DNA of 64,000 nt. Source: an uncultured Thermococci archaeon (lineage in GTDB: Archaea; CAYQAE01; CAYVLA01). Below the pieces are notes generated by a model. That model worked only from the letters and a program-made list of their open reading frames with translations. It made no database searches and was not told the origin of the DNA. The DNA is taken from assembly GCA_964549615.1 (NCBI GenBank), contig CAZJVP010000076.1:1-64000 (forward strand), read 5' to 3'. Of the stretch, positions 36,738 through 45,370 are shown piece after piece. Made by a program: the position numbers and the translations under genes. The number at the start of each line of letters is the position of its first letter. Positions within the stretch are counted from its first letter, which is position 1.

Positions 36738-37722
36738 CCTCTGCGGGGACTGGCTGCGCAGGTGCGGTGACTCCTGCGCACTTGGTGCACATGTTCTTCT
36801 CCTTTATGAAATGCTCCGGGCAGACGTAGAACCCGCAGGAGTTGCAGAACGTGCGGTGCCTGTCGCAGATGGGCTCCCTGCAAACCCTGCATCGGATCGT
36901 GATGGCCACCGAGTCGCAGAACTTGCACCTCAGGGCTCCCTTCTTCCTCTGCTCCAAGACCCTGGCTCTCTCTTGTGGGTTCACGAGATTCAGCGATGTC
37001 GAGTGCACGACCTTTACTAGCCCGCTCGGGGCTGTGGCCGTGACCTTGAACTTGACTCCCAGCGCTTCAACCTCTTCGCCGACGCGCACGGACTGACCGA
37101 CGATGTCCTCCTTCGCGAACTTCCGGAGGAGCTCGCAGGCCTTGTAGCTCAGGAAGGTTTGGGGCTCAAGGACCACGACCTTCGCATCTTCCAGGTCGGA
37201 CGTAGTCTTTTTGGACGCGCTCGTCATCCTGACCCTGATCCTCTTCGCCTTCCCCTTGGCAGCGCATTCGATGCACGTGTAACTGGCCTCGTCGTAGCAG
37301 TTCTCGCAGATGAACTTGCCGCAGACCAAGCAGTGAGCATTCCCAAGTCCAACGCCGCATATGGGGCATGTCAGGCACTCCTCACAGTAGCCTGCAAGCG
37401 GGGCGTTGGGATGGGCGCACTTGTACCCAAATCTCCTTCCGCATTCGGGGCAGGTTTCCCGGCCGAACTCGACGCCGCATATCTCGCACTTTCCGCTGGC
37501 CAATCTCAGGCCGAGGCCTTTGCCCATGAAGTGGAGCAGCGCGAACAGTCCGCCCGAGACGGCACTCATGATGACGACCGCGAAGACCGTGTCGTTGAAG
37601 ACGCCCAGGAGCACGTAGAGCCTCCAGGCGATGCTGAGGCTCAGCACGAAGCCCACCAGGGCCAGGATGTTGCCCATGTAGCGGAAGACATCTGCGTAAC
37701 CTGTTCTTCTCATGGTTGCCAA
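36730..37722 (-). CDS. 2-TM protein with three Cys/His zinc-finger modules and a Cdc48-N-subdomain-2-like domain
   Basis: Two TM helices, repeated CxxC/CxxH clusters, and AKVVVLEP...GQSVRVGE...FKVTATAPSGLVKV; GGAGG RBS before TTG 37722. Confidence 0.75.
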   Translation of the reverse strand: MATMRRTGYADVFRYMGNILALVGFVLSLSIAWRLYVLLGVFNDTVFAVVIMSAVSGGLFALLHFMGKGLGLRLASGKCEICGVEFGRETCPECGRRFGYKCAHPNAPLAGYCEECLTCPICGVGLGNAHCLVCGKFICENCYDEASYTCIECAAKGKAKRIRVRMTSASKKTTSDLEDAKVVVLEPQTFLSYKACELLRKFAKEDIVGQSVRVGEEVEALGVKFKVTATAPSGLVKVVHSTSLNLVNPQERARVLEQRKKGALRCKFCDSVAITIRCRVCREPICDRHRTFCNSCGFYVCPEHFIKEKNMCTKCAGVTAPAQPVPAEAT

Positions 37723-37733
37723 GCGGGAACCTC

Positions 37734-38690
37734 CTAAGCTTCTATGGATACCTCCGTTGGCCTCATGACGCGAACTCTTCCGGGAGGATCGGTCTCCAGA
37801 ACCTTGAAAGGCATCTCGACGGCCTCTATGGCGTCCCCCGCTGCGAGTCTCTGGCCGATGAGCTCGTTCCTGACAAACCTGTTAAGGATCTTGATCATGG
37901 ATGCGCTTAGGTAGTGATCGCTCTTAAGGCGAACGGTCTTGGCGGGCTTGATGTCTGGCATCTGTATCTCCTCGTTCACGACCCCGCCGTCCCTCAGGTA
38001 TATGATCAGGTCGGCCTCGGCCGTTATCTTCGGGTCGTGCGTGCTGACCAGAAGGGTCGAGTGCTGCTCCTCCTGGAGCTCCTTCATGAGAGCCACGATC
38101 TCGAGGCCGGTCTTGGCGTCCAGGTTCGCGGTGGGTTCGTCGGCCAGTATGAGCGGCGGATTGAAGACCAGCGCCCGCGCGATGCCAACCCTCTGCTGCT
38201 CGCCGCCCGAAAGCTCTATTGGCCTGTGGTGCATTCGGTCTTTGAGTCCCACCCGCGTCAGGACCTCAACCGCCCGCTTCCGCCTGTCTTCCTTGTCCAC
38301 CCCCGCCATCTCCAGGGGCAGTTCAGTGTTCTCAAGCGCGGTGAGAAGCGGGACGAGATTCCAGGTTTGGTGGATGAACCCTATCGTCTCCTGCCTGAGG
38401 ATGTTGAGGAAGTCCCTGTCCCCCTTGGTGATGTTCAGCCCGCCGATGTAGACCTCCCCGCTCGTCGGCGAGTCGAGCCCGCTTATCATGTTCAGGAAGG
38501 TGGTTTTCCCTGATCCCGACGGCCCGATCATGACGGCGAAGGCCCCTCTCTCTATGCGGATGTTGACTCCCCTTAGGGCATGTACCTTAACCTCTCCTCC
38601 CGCGAGCTTGAAGGTCTTGGTGAGGTCCCGCGTGTCGACCATGAAGGGCCCGCGTATCTCTATGAGGTGCTTGCCGAGGTCAGTACTCAA
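37734..38690 (-). CDS. ABC ATPase (LolD/MacB family) with C-terminal Cdc48-N-subdomain-2-like extension
   Basis: GPSGSGKTT, LSGGEQQRVGIARAL, ILADEPTANLD, STHD; extra 69-aa C-terminal domain AKTVRL...FKVLETDPPGRVRV..TEV. Confidence 0.9.
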   Translation of the reverse strand: MSTDLGKHLIEIRGPFMVDTRDLTKTFKLAGGEVKVHALRGVNIRIERGAFAVMIGPSGSGKTTFLNMISGLDSPTSGEVYIGGLNITKGDRDFLNILRQETIGFIHQTWNLVPLLTALENTELPLEMAGVDKEDRRKRAVEVLTRVGLKDRMHHRPIELSGGEQQRVGIARALVFNPPLILADEPTANLDAKTGLEIVALMKELQEEQHSTLLVSTHDPKITAEADLIIYLRDGGVVNEEIQMPDIKPAKTVRLKSDHYLSASMIKILNRFVRNELIGQRLAAGDAIEAVEMPFKVLETDPPGRVRVMRPTEVSIEA

Positions 38691-40632
38691 GTCTAAACGC
38701 CTCCGCAGGAGCCATTCCCGACGCCCTTCGGGAGGGATACCAGGATGAGAGGTAGCTTATGCCGACGGCCAGGAATAGCCCGAGCCCCATCATGGACAGG
38801 ATCATGAGCCAGTTCAGACCCCGGAAGTTCCAGGTGAACAGGAACGGCAGCATCGCTGCGAAGAGTCCTATCAGAGCGCCTATCACCCCGCCTATGAAAC
38901 CTATGATGCTCGCCTCGACCCTGAACATCCTCCGTATGTGCTTTGGCTCCCCGCCGATGGCGATCATCGCTCCGATCTCCCCCGTTCTCTCGAGTACAGC
39001 CGTTATCATCGTGTTGAAGGTTCCGAGGGCACCGATCGCGATCGCGACGAGCGCCAGCGCGGTCTGGTAGGCCTCGACCACCACCTCACCTCCTGCTATC
39101 TGGCTCTTGATGGCCTGAGAGGTTATCATGAGTTGGACGAACAGGCCTATGCCTATGGCAATGCCTATGGTCGCAAGCAACGACCGGGTGAACCTTCGCA
39201 GCAGGTTCCTCACGGCCAGGGAGGTGTATATCCTCTTGCGAAGGAACTTCATCTTCACCAGCTTCTTGTAGATGGGGTTCATGTATTTCGTGACTATGCT
39301 TTCGGACGCTGCCTCCAGCCCGTACCTCATGGCTGTCAGCGGGTCGTAGAGGGCGGCTCTGAAAGCAGGGACTATGGAGGCTATGAGGGCCAACCCGACG
39401 GCCAGCATCAGGGGAGCTGCTACCAGGGAAACGGTGAATCGAAGGGAGATGAGGGTCGGGTACAGGCGGCTGGCCATGAACGCGATGGAAACGCCCAGCG
39501 CCCCGCCGATCAAACCGAGGATGATAGCCTGGATCATGAAGATGCTCATTATCCTGAATATGGTTGCGCCGAAACTCCCCATGATGCCTATGTCGCGGAC
39601 TCTCTCGTAGACTCGCGTGAACATCATGTTCATGATCACGACCGCGACCGCGATGAAGGAGATCACGATCGTGGTGGTGTGCGCGAGGCGGGTGCTCCCC
39701 ATGGTCCCTGCCCCTGTCGGCGTGATGAAGTACGGAGCAACCTCGGCCATCTTGCGTAGCGGCACGATCACGTTGTTAATGATGTCGATGCCGCTCACGC
39801 CCTCTTGGTAGCGCACGTATATGCGCGAGACGGTGTCCGGTTCCATCGCGAACAACCGCTCTGCGTCCTTGCGGTGTATGAGGATGGTGTTCCCTGACCA
39901 GGCTTCCTCTGGCCTACCCAGCCGGTCCAGCGCTGGGTCGTCCAGCGTCTTGAACAGGCCAACCACCCTCAACGTGATGGTGCCATGGGTCGCTCCGCCG
40001 GTGGTCCCGCGCTTGGCAATCATCCCGGGGCGCAAGGTTATGTTGTCCCCAACGCCTATGACCCCTATCCCGTACTTCTGGAACTGTTCATGGTAGTACT
40101 CGGCCATGTCCACGCCTATCAAACACTCGCCCGGCTGGCTTATGTACGAGCCGTCGGTCACGAAGTCTCTGAGCCCCCTGCCGTCATCCGTAACGACCTT
40201 CCTCCACCACGCGTCCTCGGATTCGGGATCGATGCCGAATATGCTCAGCGGCCTCCCACGCATTCTCCTCTCAAGTGCCGTGAGTTTTTGGGCCACGGAT
40301 GTCCCATTCACATCAATGTAACCTCGAGGGTCCTCCGCGATGAACTCGGTTCGCGGGTTCACTATATCAACGCCCTTGAGATTTCTGATCTCATCAGCGC
40401 TGGAAATGGGGGTGTTAGGTTGCCGGAAGGAGTACAGGACCTTGGTGACGCTCTGCCGCTCGGCGGCGTACATCTGCAGATTCATGGCCGTCCCCACGGC
40501 GATCTCGAAGTTCTCTGCGAGCGGAAGGATGCATAGGAATGCCGATATCGCAAGCGTGATGCTGGCGACGGTCACCGAGGTTATCAGGAGTCGACGTCTC
40601 AGGTCCCGGATCGCGATGGAGAAGGAGCCCAT
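38680..40632 (-). CDS. ABC permease (FtsX/MacB family) with two TM repeats
   Basis: RDLRRR/RNLLRR amphipathic helices, VYERVRDIGIMGSFGA and VLERTGEIGAMIAIGG, PAFRAA/PSRRAS; start trimmed to ATG 40632 with GAGGTG RBS. Confidence 0.88.
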   Translation of the reverse strand: MGSFSIAIRDLRRRLLITSVTVASITLAISAFLCILPLAENFEIAVGTAMNLQMYAAERQSVTKVLYSFRQPNTPISSADEIRNLKGVDIVNPRTEFIAEDPRGYIDVNGTSVAQKLTALERRMRGRPLSIFGIDPESEDAWWRKVVTDDGRGLRDFVTDGSYISQPGECLIGVDMAEYYHEQFQKYGIGVIGVGDNITLRPGMIAKRGTTGGATHGTITLRVVGLFKTLDDPALDRLGRPEEAWSGNTILIHRKDAERLFAMEPDTVSRIYVRYQEGVSGIDIINNVIVPLRKMAEVAPYFITPTGAGTMGSTRLAHTTTIVISFIAVAVVIMNMMFTRVYERVRDIGIMGSFGATIFRIMSIFMIQAIILGLIGGALGVSIAFMASRLYPTLISLRFTVSLVAAPLMLAVGLALIASIVPAFRAALYDPLTAMRYGLEAASESIVTKYMNPIYKKLVKMKFLRKRIYTSLAVRNLLRRFTRSLLATIGIAIGIGLFVQLMITSQAIKSQIAGGEVVVEAYQTALALVAIAIGALGTFNTMITAVLERTGEIGAMIAIGGEPKHIRRMFRVEASIIGFIGGVIGALIGLFAAMLPFLFTWNFRGLNWLMILSMMGLGLFLAVGISYLSSWYPSRRASGMAPAEAFRLEY

Positions 40633-40903
40633 GCATGCACCTCGGCGTTGCCGAAAAGGAGACGATCCAAACCCGCTCGAAAAACTCATATAAATGTTTT
40701 CGGCGCGTTGGAAGAGGCAGAATACGCCGTCTTGTGGCCCGATCGTTGACGTGGTGTCTTGGATCCGATATCTGCGTGCAAAGCTTCCTCCAAAGGCGCC
40801 GAAACCGATCCTGGTGAAGGGACTAGGGGTCGTTTTCCGAGGCACCGTCCGCAGGCGAACCCGCGCCTCTACATTTTTCTTGGGTTCCGCCCAAAGGAGG
40901 TCG

Positions 40904-41638
40904 ATGGCCTCCTTTGTCGTGACGGACATCGCATTCATGCCAAATGGGGTCGAGGGCCTACGTCTCTGGTCCAGAAAGCAGACCGCAATTTTGCCTCTAG
41001 AAAGAGGAAGGACGATCTCGTTCAGGGTTTCAGGCCAGCCCACGGCCAGCCGGCCGAAGGACCGATGCGCCCTCTGCGATGGGTCTCTGTGCCTGAAGGC
41101 AAGGATGGATTGCACGGTCCCCCATGTTTTGTACCTTGCCCTTTTCGGCCGGGCAGCCAAGATCGGCGTCACCAGGGAATCGAGATACGAAAAGAGAATT
41201 AGGGAGCAGGGAGCACCGTTTGCATGTGTCGTGGCCAGGTTCGAAGATGGCCTGGAGGCCCGCAGGGCGGAGAGGGCCTACTCGGCTTGGGAGGGCGTTA
41301 GGCTCTCTGTCAGGTTCGAGGACAAAGTTGGCGCGATCGGAAAGGTACCGGACGTGTTGGAGGCAAACCGGATAGTGAGGACTATCCCCCTTCCCGCCGT
41401 CCCGCAGCTGGAGGACATGAGGCACCTCTATCAGAACCCGGATCTTGACTCGATGGAGACTCCACTGATTCTTGACGGGGACGTGGTCAAGGGCAGGGTT
41501 GAGGACACGCGCGGTGAGGCGCTGTACTTCAGGCACCGGGACAACCTCTACGCGTACGATCTGAGGAGGACCCTGGGAAGGAGCCTTGGCCTCGGCGAAC
41601 ACAAGGTGGAGGCGCAGATGACGCTGAGCAACTTCTGA
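40904..41638 (+). CDS. DUF2797-family protein
   Basis: PHVLYLA...KIGVTR...RIREQGA...DGLEARRAE; ATG 40904 with GGAGG RBS. Confidence 0.75.
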   Translation: MASFVVTDIAFMPNGVEGLRLWSRKQTAILPLERGRTISFRVSGQPTASRPKDRCALCDGSLCLKARMDCTVPHVLYLALFGRAAKIGVTRESRYEKRIREQGAPFACVVARFEDGLEARRAERAYSAWEGVRLSVRFEDKVGAIGKVPDVLEANRIVRTIPLPAVPQLEDMRHLYQNPDLDSMETPLILDGDVVKGRVEDTRGEALYFRHRDNLYAYDLRRTLGRSLGLGEHKVEAQMTLSNF

Positions 41639-41649
41639 AGGGGTTGCCC

Positions 41650-42408
41650 ATGGTTCCTCGCTTCAATATGCATGTGCATACTTGGCGATCATCATGCGCC
41701 AAGCCCGAGATGCTTCTGGAGTCGATCAACAGGAAGGCTCGGTCAGCCGGGCTGCGGTACGTAGGTCTGTCTGATCACATCGACGTTGCTGCGCATAACG
41801 ACCGTCCCACGCGGAATCGCGAGGATCTGTCGATGGGCTCGTGGGATGTCAATTTCCTGGTGGGTTGCGAGGCAACGGCTCTGTCTCCTAGCCGCGTGGC
41901 CGTTTTCGATGACGTGGCCCGTCGGCTGGACTACGTGATGGTCGCGGCAAACCACTACCACCTGGGGGTCGTGGAGAATCCTGCTCGCCGAGAAGCTTCT
42001 TCGTATGCCTCTCACTACCTGAGGATGCTCGAAGGGGTCCTAGGCTGGGGCTTGGCCGACATAGTTGCGCACCCATTTCTTCATTCAAAGATCGCCAGGG
42101 TACTGAACCCCCTGGATGTCCTTGAGTGCTATGATTGGGATGAACTGGAAAGGATCTTGGTTGAGTCGGCGCAAAGGGGCCTTAGCTTTGAGTTGAGGCC
42201 CGGTTCGTTGAGCGCTGCGCCCGAGTTCTTCCGTGAGCTTGTTCGATTGTGCAGGGAAAGCGGGGTGAAGTTCAGCCTGGGCAGCGACGCCCACAGGCTT
42301 TGCGAAATCGGGTATCCACCCCATTTCGGCGACGAACTGGAATCGATCGGAGTGAGAAACAGCGATCTCATCGAGCCAGAACAGTTCCTGGTTTCTTCGC
42401 CCAGGTGA
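41650..42408 (+). CDS. PHP-family phosphoesterase
   Basis: NMHVHT, GLSDH, GCE, AHP, GSDAH metal-binding motifs. Confidence 0.85.
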   Translation: MVPRFNMHVHTWRSSCAKPEMLLESINRKARSAGLRYVGLSDHIDVAAHNDRPTRNREDLSMGSWDVNFLVGCEATALSPSRVAVFDDVARRLDYVMVAANHYHLGVVENPARREASSYASHYLRMLEGVLGWGLADIVAHPFLHSKIARVLNPLDVLECYDWDELERILVESAQRGLSFELRPGSLSAAPEFFRELVRLCRESGVKFSLGSDAHRLCEIGYPPHFGDELESIGVRNSDLIEPEQFLVSSPR

Positions 42409-42520
42409 AAGAGCCCATCGCCCCCTGGGGCGTGACGCGGGAGAGCGACGAAATTGGCCTTCCCGCCCGCAGCCGGCTGCGCCATGGGCCATGGCCATGG
42501 CATGAACCCTGAGCCTGAGC

Positions 42521-42535
42521 TCCGAGCCGCGAGCC
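42521..42535 (+). repeat. Left target-site duplication of IS481 (15 bp)
   Basis: TCCGAGCCGCGAGCC, identical to 43578-43592. Confidence 0.9.
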
Positions 42536-43577
42536 TGCGTTATCCGAAATTTATTTCCGCCCCCTGTTTGGGCCGGGTCGGTGGTCAAGCTAACCGACTC
42601 AAGGATTCGATGGATCATACGCCAGAAAGAGAAGGGAGAGATGACCGAGAAGAAGATCGCAGCTGTCTACGGCATCACCACAAGAAGACTACGACAACTA
42701 TGGACCCAGTACAGATCCACCGGACAGATGCCCACCCTATCCCAGCCAGGCAGGCCCACAACACCACGGGATCCCGGGGAAGAAGACCTGGTCCTGGAGG
42801 CGTACAAGAAGCACCACGTCTGCGCGGTTGTACTGGAACACCTCATCCAGAAGGATCACTCCACAAGGATTCCGCACAACCGGATCCACACAATCCTGAT
42901 CAAACATGGCTACGCCAAGAAGACCCCCCGCAAACAGAGAAAGCGCAGATGGGTCAGATACGAGAGAAAGCACTCCATGTCGCTCTGGCATCTTGACTGG
43001 TTTGCCCTTGGCAAGATCGCTCCATCCCTAGGGAGGTGGCTTCTGGTCGTGCAGGACGATGCGTCCAGGAGGGTTATGGGGTTTGGCGTCTTTGACCAGC
43101 CCACCGCTGCGGGCAGCGTCAAGGTGCTTGAGGATGCTATAGGGATGCATGGTGACCCGGATTCCGTGATCACGGATAAGGGTACACAGTTCTACGCTGT
43201 TGAGAGTGATGGTAGAAAGAAGGGTTTCAACGAGTTCGAGCTCTTCCTCCAGGTGCACGGCATCAGCCATATCCTGGCTAGGACCAGTCATCCCCAGACC
43301 AATGGCAAGATCGAGCGCTTCTTCCAGACCTTGGCAAGCCAGATGGATCACTACTCGTCTCTTGACGGTCTTGTTGAGTGGTATAATACTCGGAGGCCCC
43401 ATATGAGTCTGGGCATGGTCACACCTGAGGAGGCTTTCTGGCGCAGGCTGGGAGCTGAGAGGGTTCTCGGGAGGGCCAGCCATCTACTTTACCGGGAACT
43501 GGAACCTGCCGCGAAGTGACCTAGATGACCCACAAAAAGCACGCCCAGAAAAGAGGAAATAATTATGGGATAACACA
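42536..43577 (+). mobile_element. IS481-family insertion sequence (1042 bp)
   Basis: 23-bp imperfect terminal IRs (TGCGTTATCCGAAATTTATTTCC at 42536-42558; reverse complement of 43555-43577 is TGTGTTATCCCATAATTATTTCC), 15-bp flanking direct repeat, single DDE transposase. Confidence 0.92.
42581..43519 (+). CDS. IS481-family DDE transposase
   Basis: N-terminal HTH; RYER.HSMSLWHLD, DDASR, TDKGTQF, HPQTNGKIERF, WYN..RPHMSL...TP. Confidence 0.93.
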   Translation: MVKLTDSRIRWIIRQKEKGEMTEKKIAAVYGITTRRLRQLWTQYRSTGQMPTLSQPGRPTTPRDPGEEDLVLEAYKKHHVCAVVLEHLIQKDHSTRIPHNRIHTILIKHGYAKKTPRKQRKRRWVRYERKHSMSLWHLDWFALGKIAPSLGRWLLVVQDDASRRVMGFGVFDQPTAAGSVKVLEDAIGMHGDPDSVITDKGTQFYAVESDGRKKGFNEFELFLQVHGISHILARTSHPQTNGKIERFFQTLASQMDHYSSLDGLVEWYNTRRPHMSLGMVTPEEAFWRRLGAERVLGRASHLLYRELEPAAK

Positions 43578-43592
43578 TCCGAGCCGCGAGCC
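43578..43592 (+). repeat. Right target-site duplication of IS481 (15 bp)
   Basis: TCCGAGCCGCGAGCC, identical to 42521-42535. Confidence 0.9.
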
Positions 43593-43699
43593 CGAAAGCT
43601 ATAATAGCACATGCTGACAACCTCGCGCATGCCGACCACCGAGCGCCTGCCGTTTGCCTCGCCACTCGTATTTGGGTCACCCAGCTTTCATTCACGGGG

Positions 43700-45370
43700 G
43701 TGGCTCCCGTGACCAAGTATGTCATCGTCACAGGGGGGGTCATGAGTGGATTGGGAAAGGGGATCACAGCGGCCTCCATAGGCAAGATGCTCCAGGCGCG
43801 CGGGTACACCGTCACCGCGATGAAAGCCGACGGTTACTTCAACTACGACGCCGGGACGCTCAGGCCTACGGAACACGGCGAGGTATGGGTCACACATGAC
43901 GGCGGCGAGATAGACGAGGATTTCGGGCACTACGAGAGGTTCCTGGACATATCGTTGCCCAAGAACCACAACGTGACCTCCGGGCAAATCTACGGGCAGG
44001 TCATCCAGAACGAGAGGCAGGGCAAGTACCTGGGCACGACCGTCCAGTTCATCCCACACGTGACCGACGAGGTTAAGAGAAGGATCCGTGAGGTCGCGCT
44101 CAGCGAACAGGTCGACATCCTGATATTCGAGATCGGGGGGGTGGTGGGCGACTACGAGAATCTCCACTTCACGGAGGCGGTCCGCCAGATGCGGATGGAG
44201 GAAGGCCCGAGGTCCCTCGTTCACGTTCATGTCAGCTACGTCCCGATCCCCGAACACTTGGGAGAACCAAAGACGAAGCCGACCCAGCATTCCGTGTACA
44301 AGCTCCGGGAGCAAGGCATCCCGCCCGACTTCATAGTTTGCAGATCGAGCAGGATGATGGACGAGGTCAGGAGGAGCAAGATCTCGCTCTTCTGCGATGT
44401 CTACCCGCAGGACATAGTATCCAATCCGGACATGGAGTGCATATACGAGATACCCCTCATTCTTGAGGAACAGGGGCTCGGGGAAAGGCTCACGGAAAGG
44501 CTCGGCCTGAGATACAAGAAGCCGCGGCTGGAGGAGTGGGCCGCGATGGTTCAGCGGATGAAGAACCCCAAGACCTGGGTCCGGATCGCCTTGGTGGGGA
44601 AGTACGTGGACACGGGGTCTTACAGGCTTCCCGACTCCTACGTGTCGATAAACGAGGCGATAAAGCACGCCGCGGCCTGGCACGAGGCTGGCGCCAAGAT
44701 ATCGTGGATCGACTCAAAGCAGTTTGAGACGGATCGGGATTCGCTCGGATGCCTTGACGCTCAAGACGGCATCATAATTCCCGGCGGCTTCGGGACGACG
44801 GGCGTTGAGGGCAAGATCAAGGCTGTGGAATATGCGAGGGTGAAGGGCATCCCCTTCCTCGGCATCTGCTTCGGATTCCAGTGCGCGGTCGTGGAGTACG
44901 CGCGTAACAAGATGGGCCTTGAGGGGGCAAACAGCACAGAGATCGATCCGGACACACCACATCCCGTCATCGACATCCTTCCGGAGCAGGAGAAGATCAT
45001 CAGGGAAAGCAGGTACGGGGCAACGATGAGGCTGGGGGCATACCCTGCAAAGCTCACGCCAAAGACCAAGATCGCCCAGCTGTACGAGTCCCTGGGCAGG
45101 GTGGAAAAGGAGGGGCTGGTGTTCGAGCGGCATCGCCACAGGTATGAGGTGAGTCCAAGGTACTCCGAGATGATAGACGCCGCCGGCATGAGGTTCGTGG
45201 GAAAGTCCCCCGACGGGCTGCTCATGGAGTTCTTTGAGGTGGACTCTCACCCCTACTTCGTCGGAACCCAAGCGCACCCGGAGTTCCTCTCAAGGCCCCT
45301 GTCGCCCGCGCCGCTTTTCGTGGGCCTGATCGAGGCAGCTCTTAAGAGGGCCGGAGCGAGGACATCATGA
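43700..45370 (+). CDS. pyrG: CTP synthase
   Basis: TGGVMSGLGKG, EHGEV, KTKPTQ, PGGFG, GICFGFQ, ERHRHRYEV, QAHPEF. Confidence 0.97.
   Translation: MAPVTKYVIVTGGVMSGLGKGITAASIGKMLQARGYTVTAMKADGYFNYDAGTLRPTEHGEVWVTHDGGEIDEDFGHYERFLDISLPKNHNVTSGQIYGQVIQNERQGKYLGTTVQFIPHVTDEVKRRIREVALSEQVDILIFEIGGVVGDYENLHFTEAVRQMRMEEGPRSLVHVHVSYVPIPEHLGEPKTKPTQHSVYKLREQGIPPDFIVCRSSRMMDEVRRSKISLFCDVYPQDIVSNPDMECIYEIPLILEEQGLGERLTERLGLRYKKPRLEEWAAMVQRMKNPKTWVRIALVGKYVDTGSYRLPDSYVSINEAIKHAAAWHEAGAKISWIDSKQFETDRDSLGCLDAQDGIIIPGGFGTTGVEGKIKAVEYARVKGIPFLGICFGFQCAVVEYARNKMGLEGANSTEIDPDTPHPVIDILPEQEKIIRESRYGATMRLGAYPAKLTPKTKIAQLYESLGRVEKEGLVFERHRHRYEVSPRYSEMIDAAGMRFVGKSPDGLLMEFFEVDSHPYFVGTQAHPEFLSRPLSPAPLFVGLIEAALKRAGARTS

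Noticed and set aside
40633-41172. 180-aa N-terminal extension of the ABC permease and 70-aa extension of DUF2797 in the ORF track
   Set aside because: They would overlap head-to-head; RBS-preceded ATGs at 40632 and 40904 and a TATA at ~40689 give a normal divergent arrangement.
42481-42504. CCATGG palindromic microrepeats left of the IS
   Set aside because: Only 3-4 short units, with no spacers or recognisable function.
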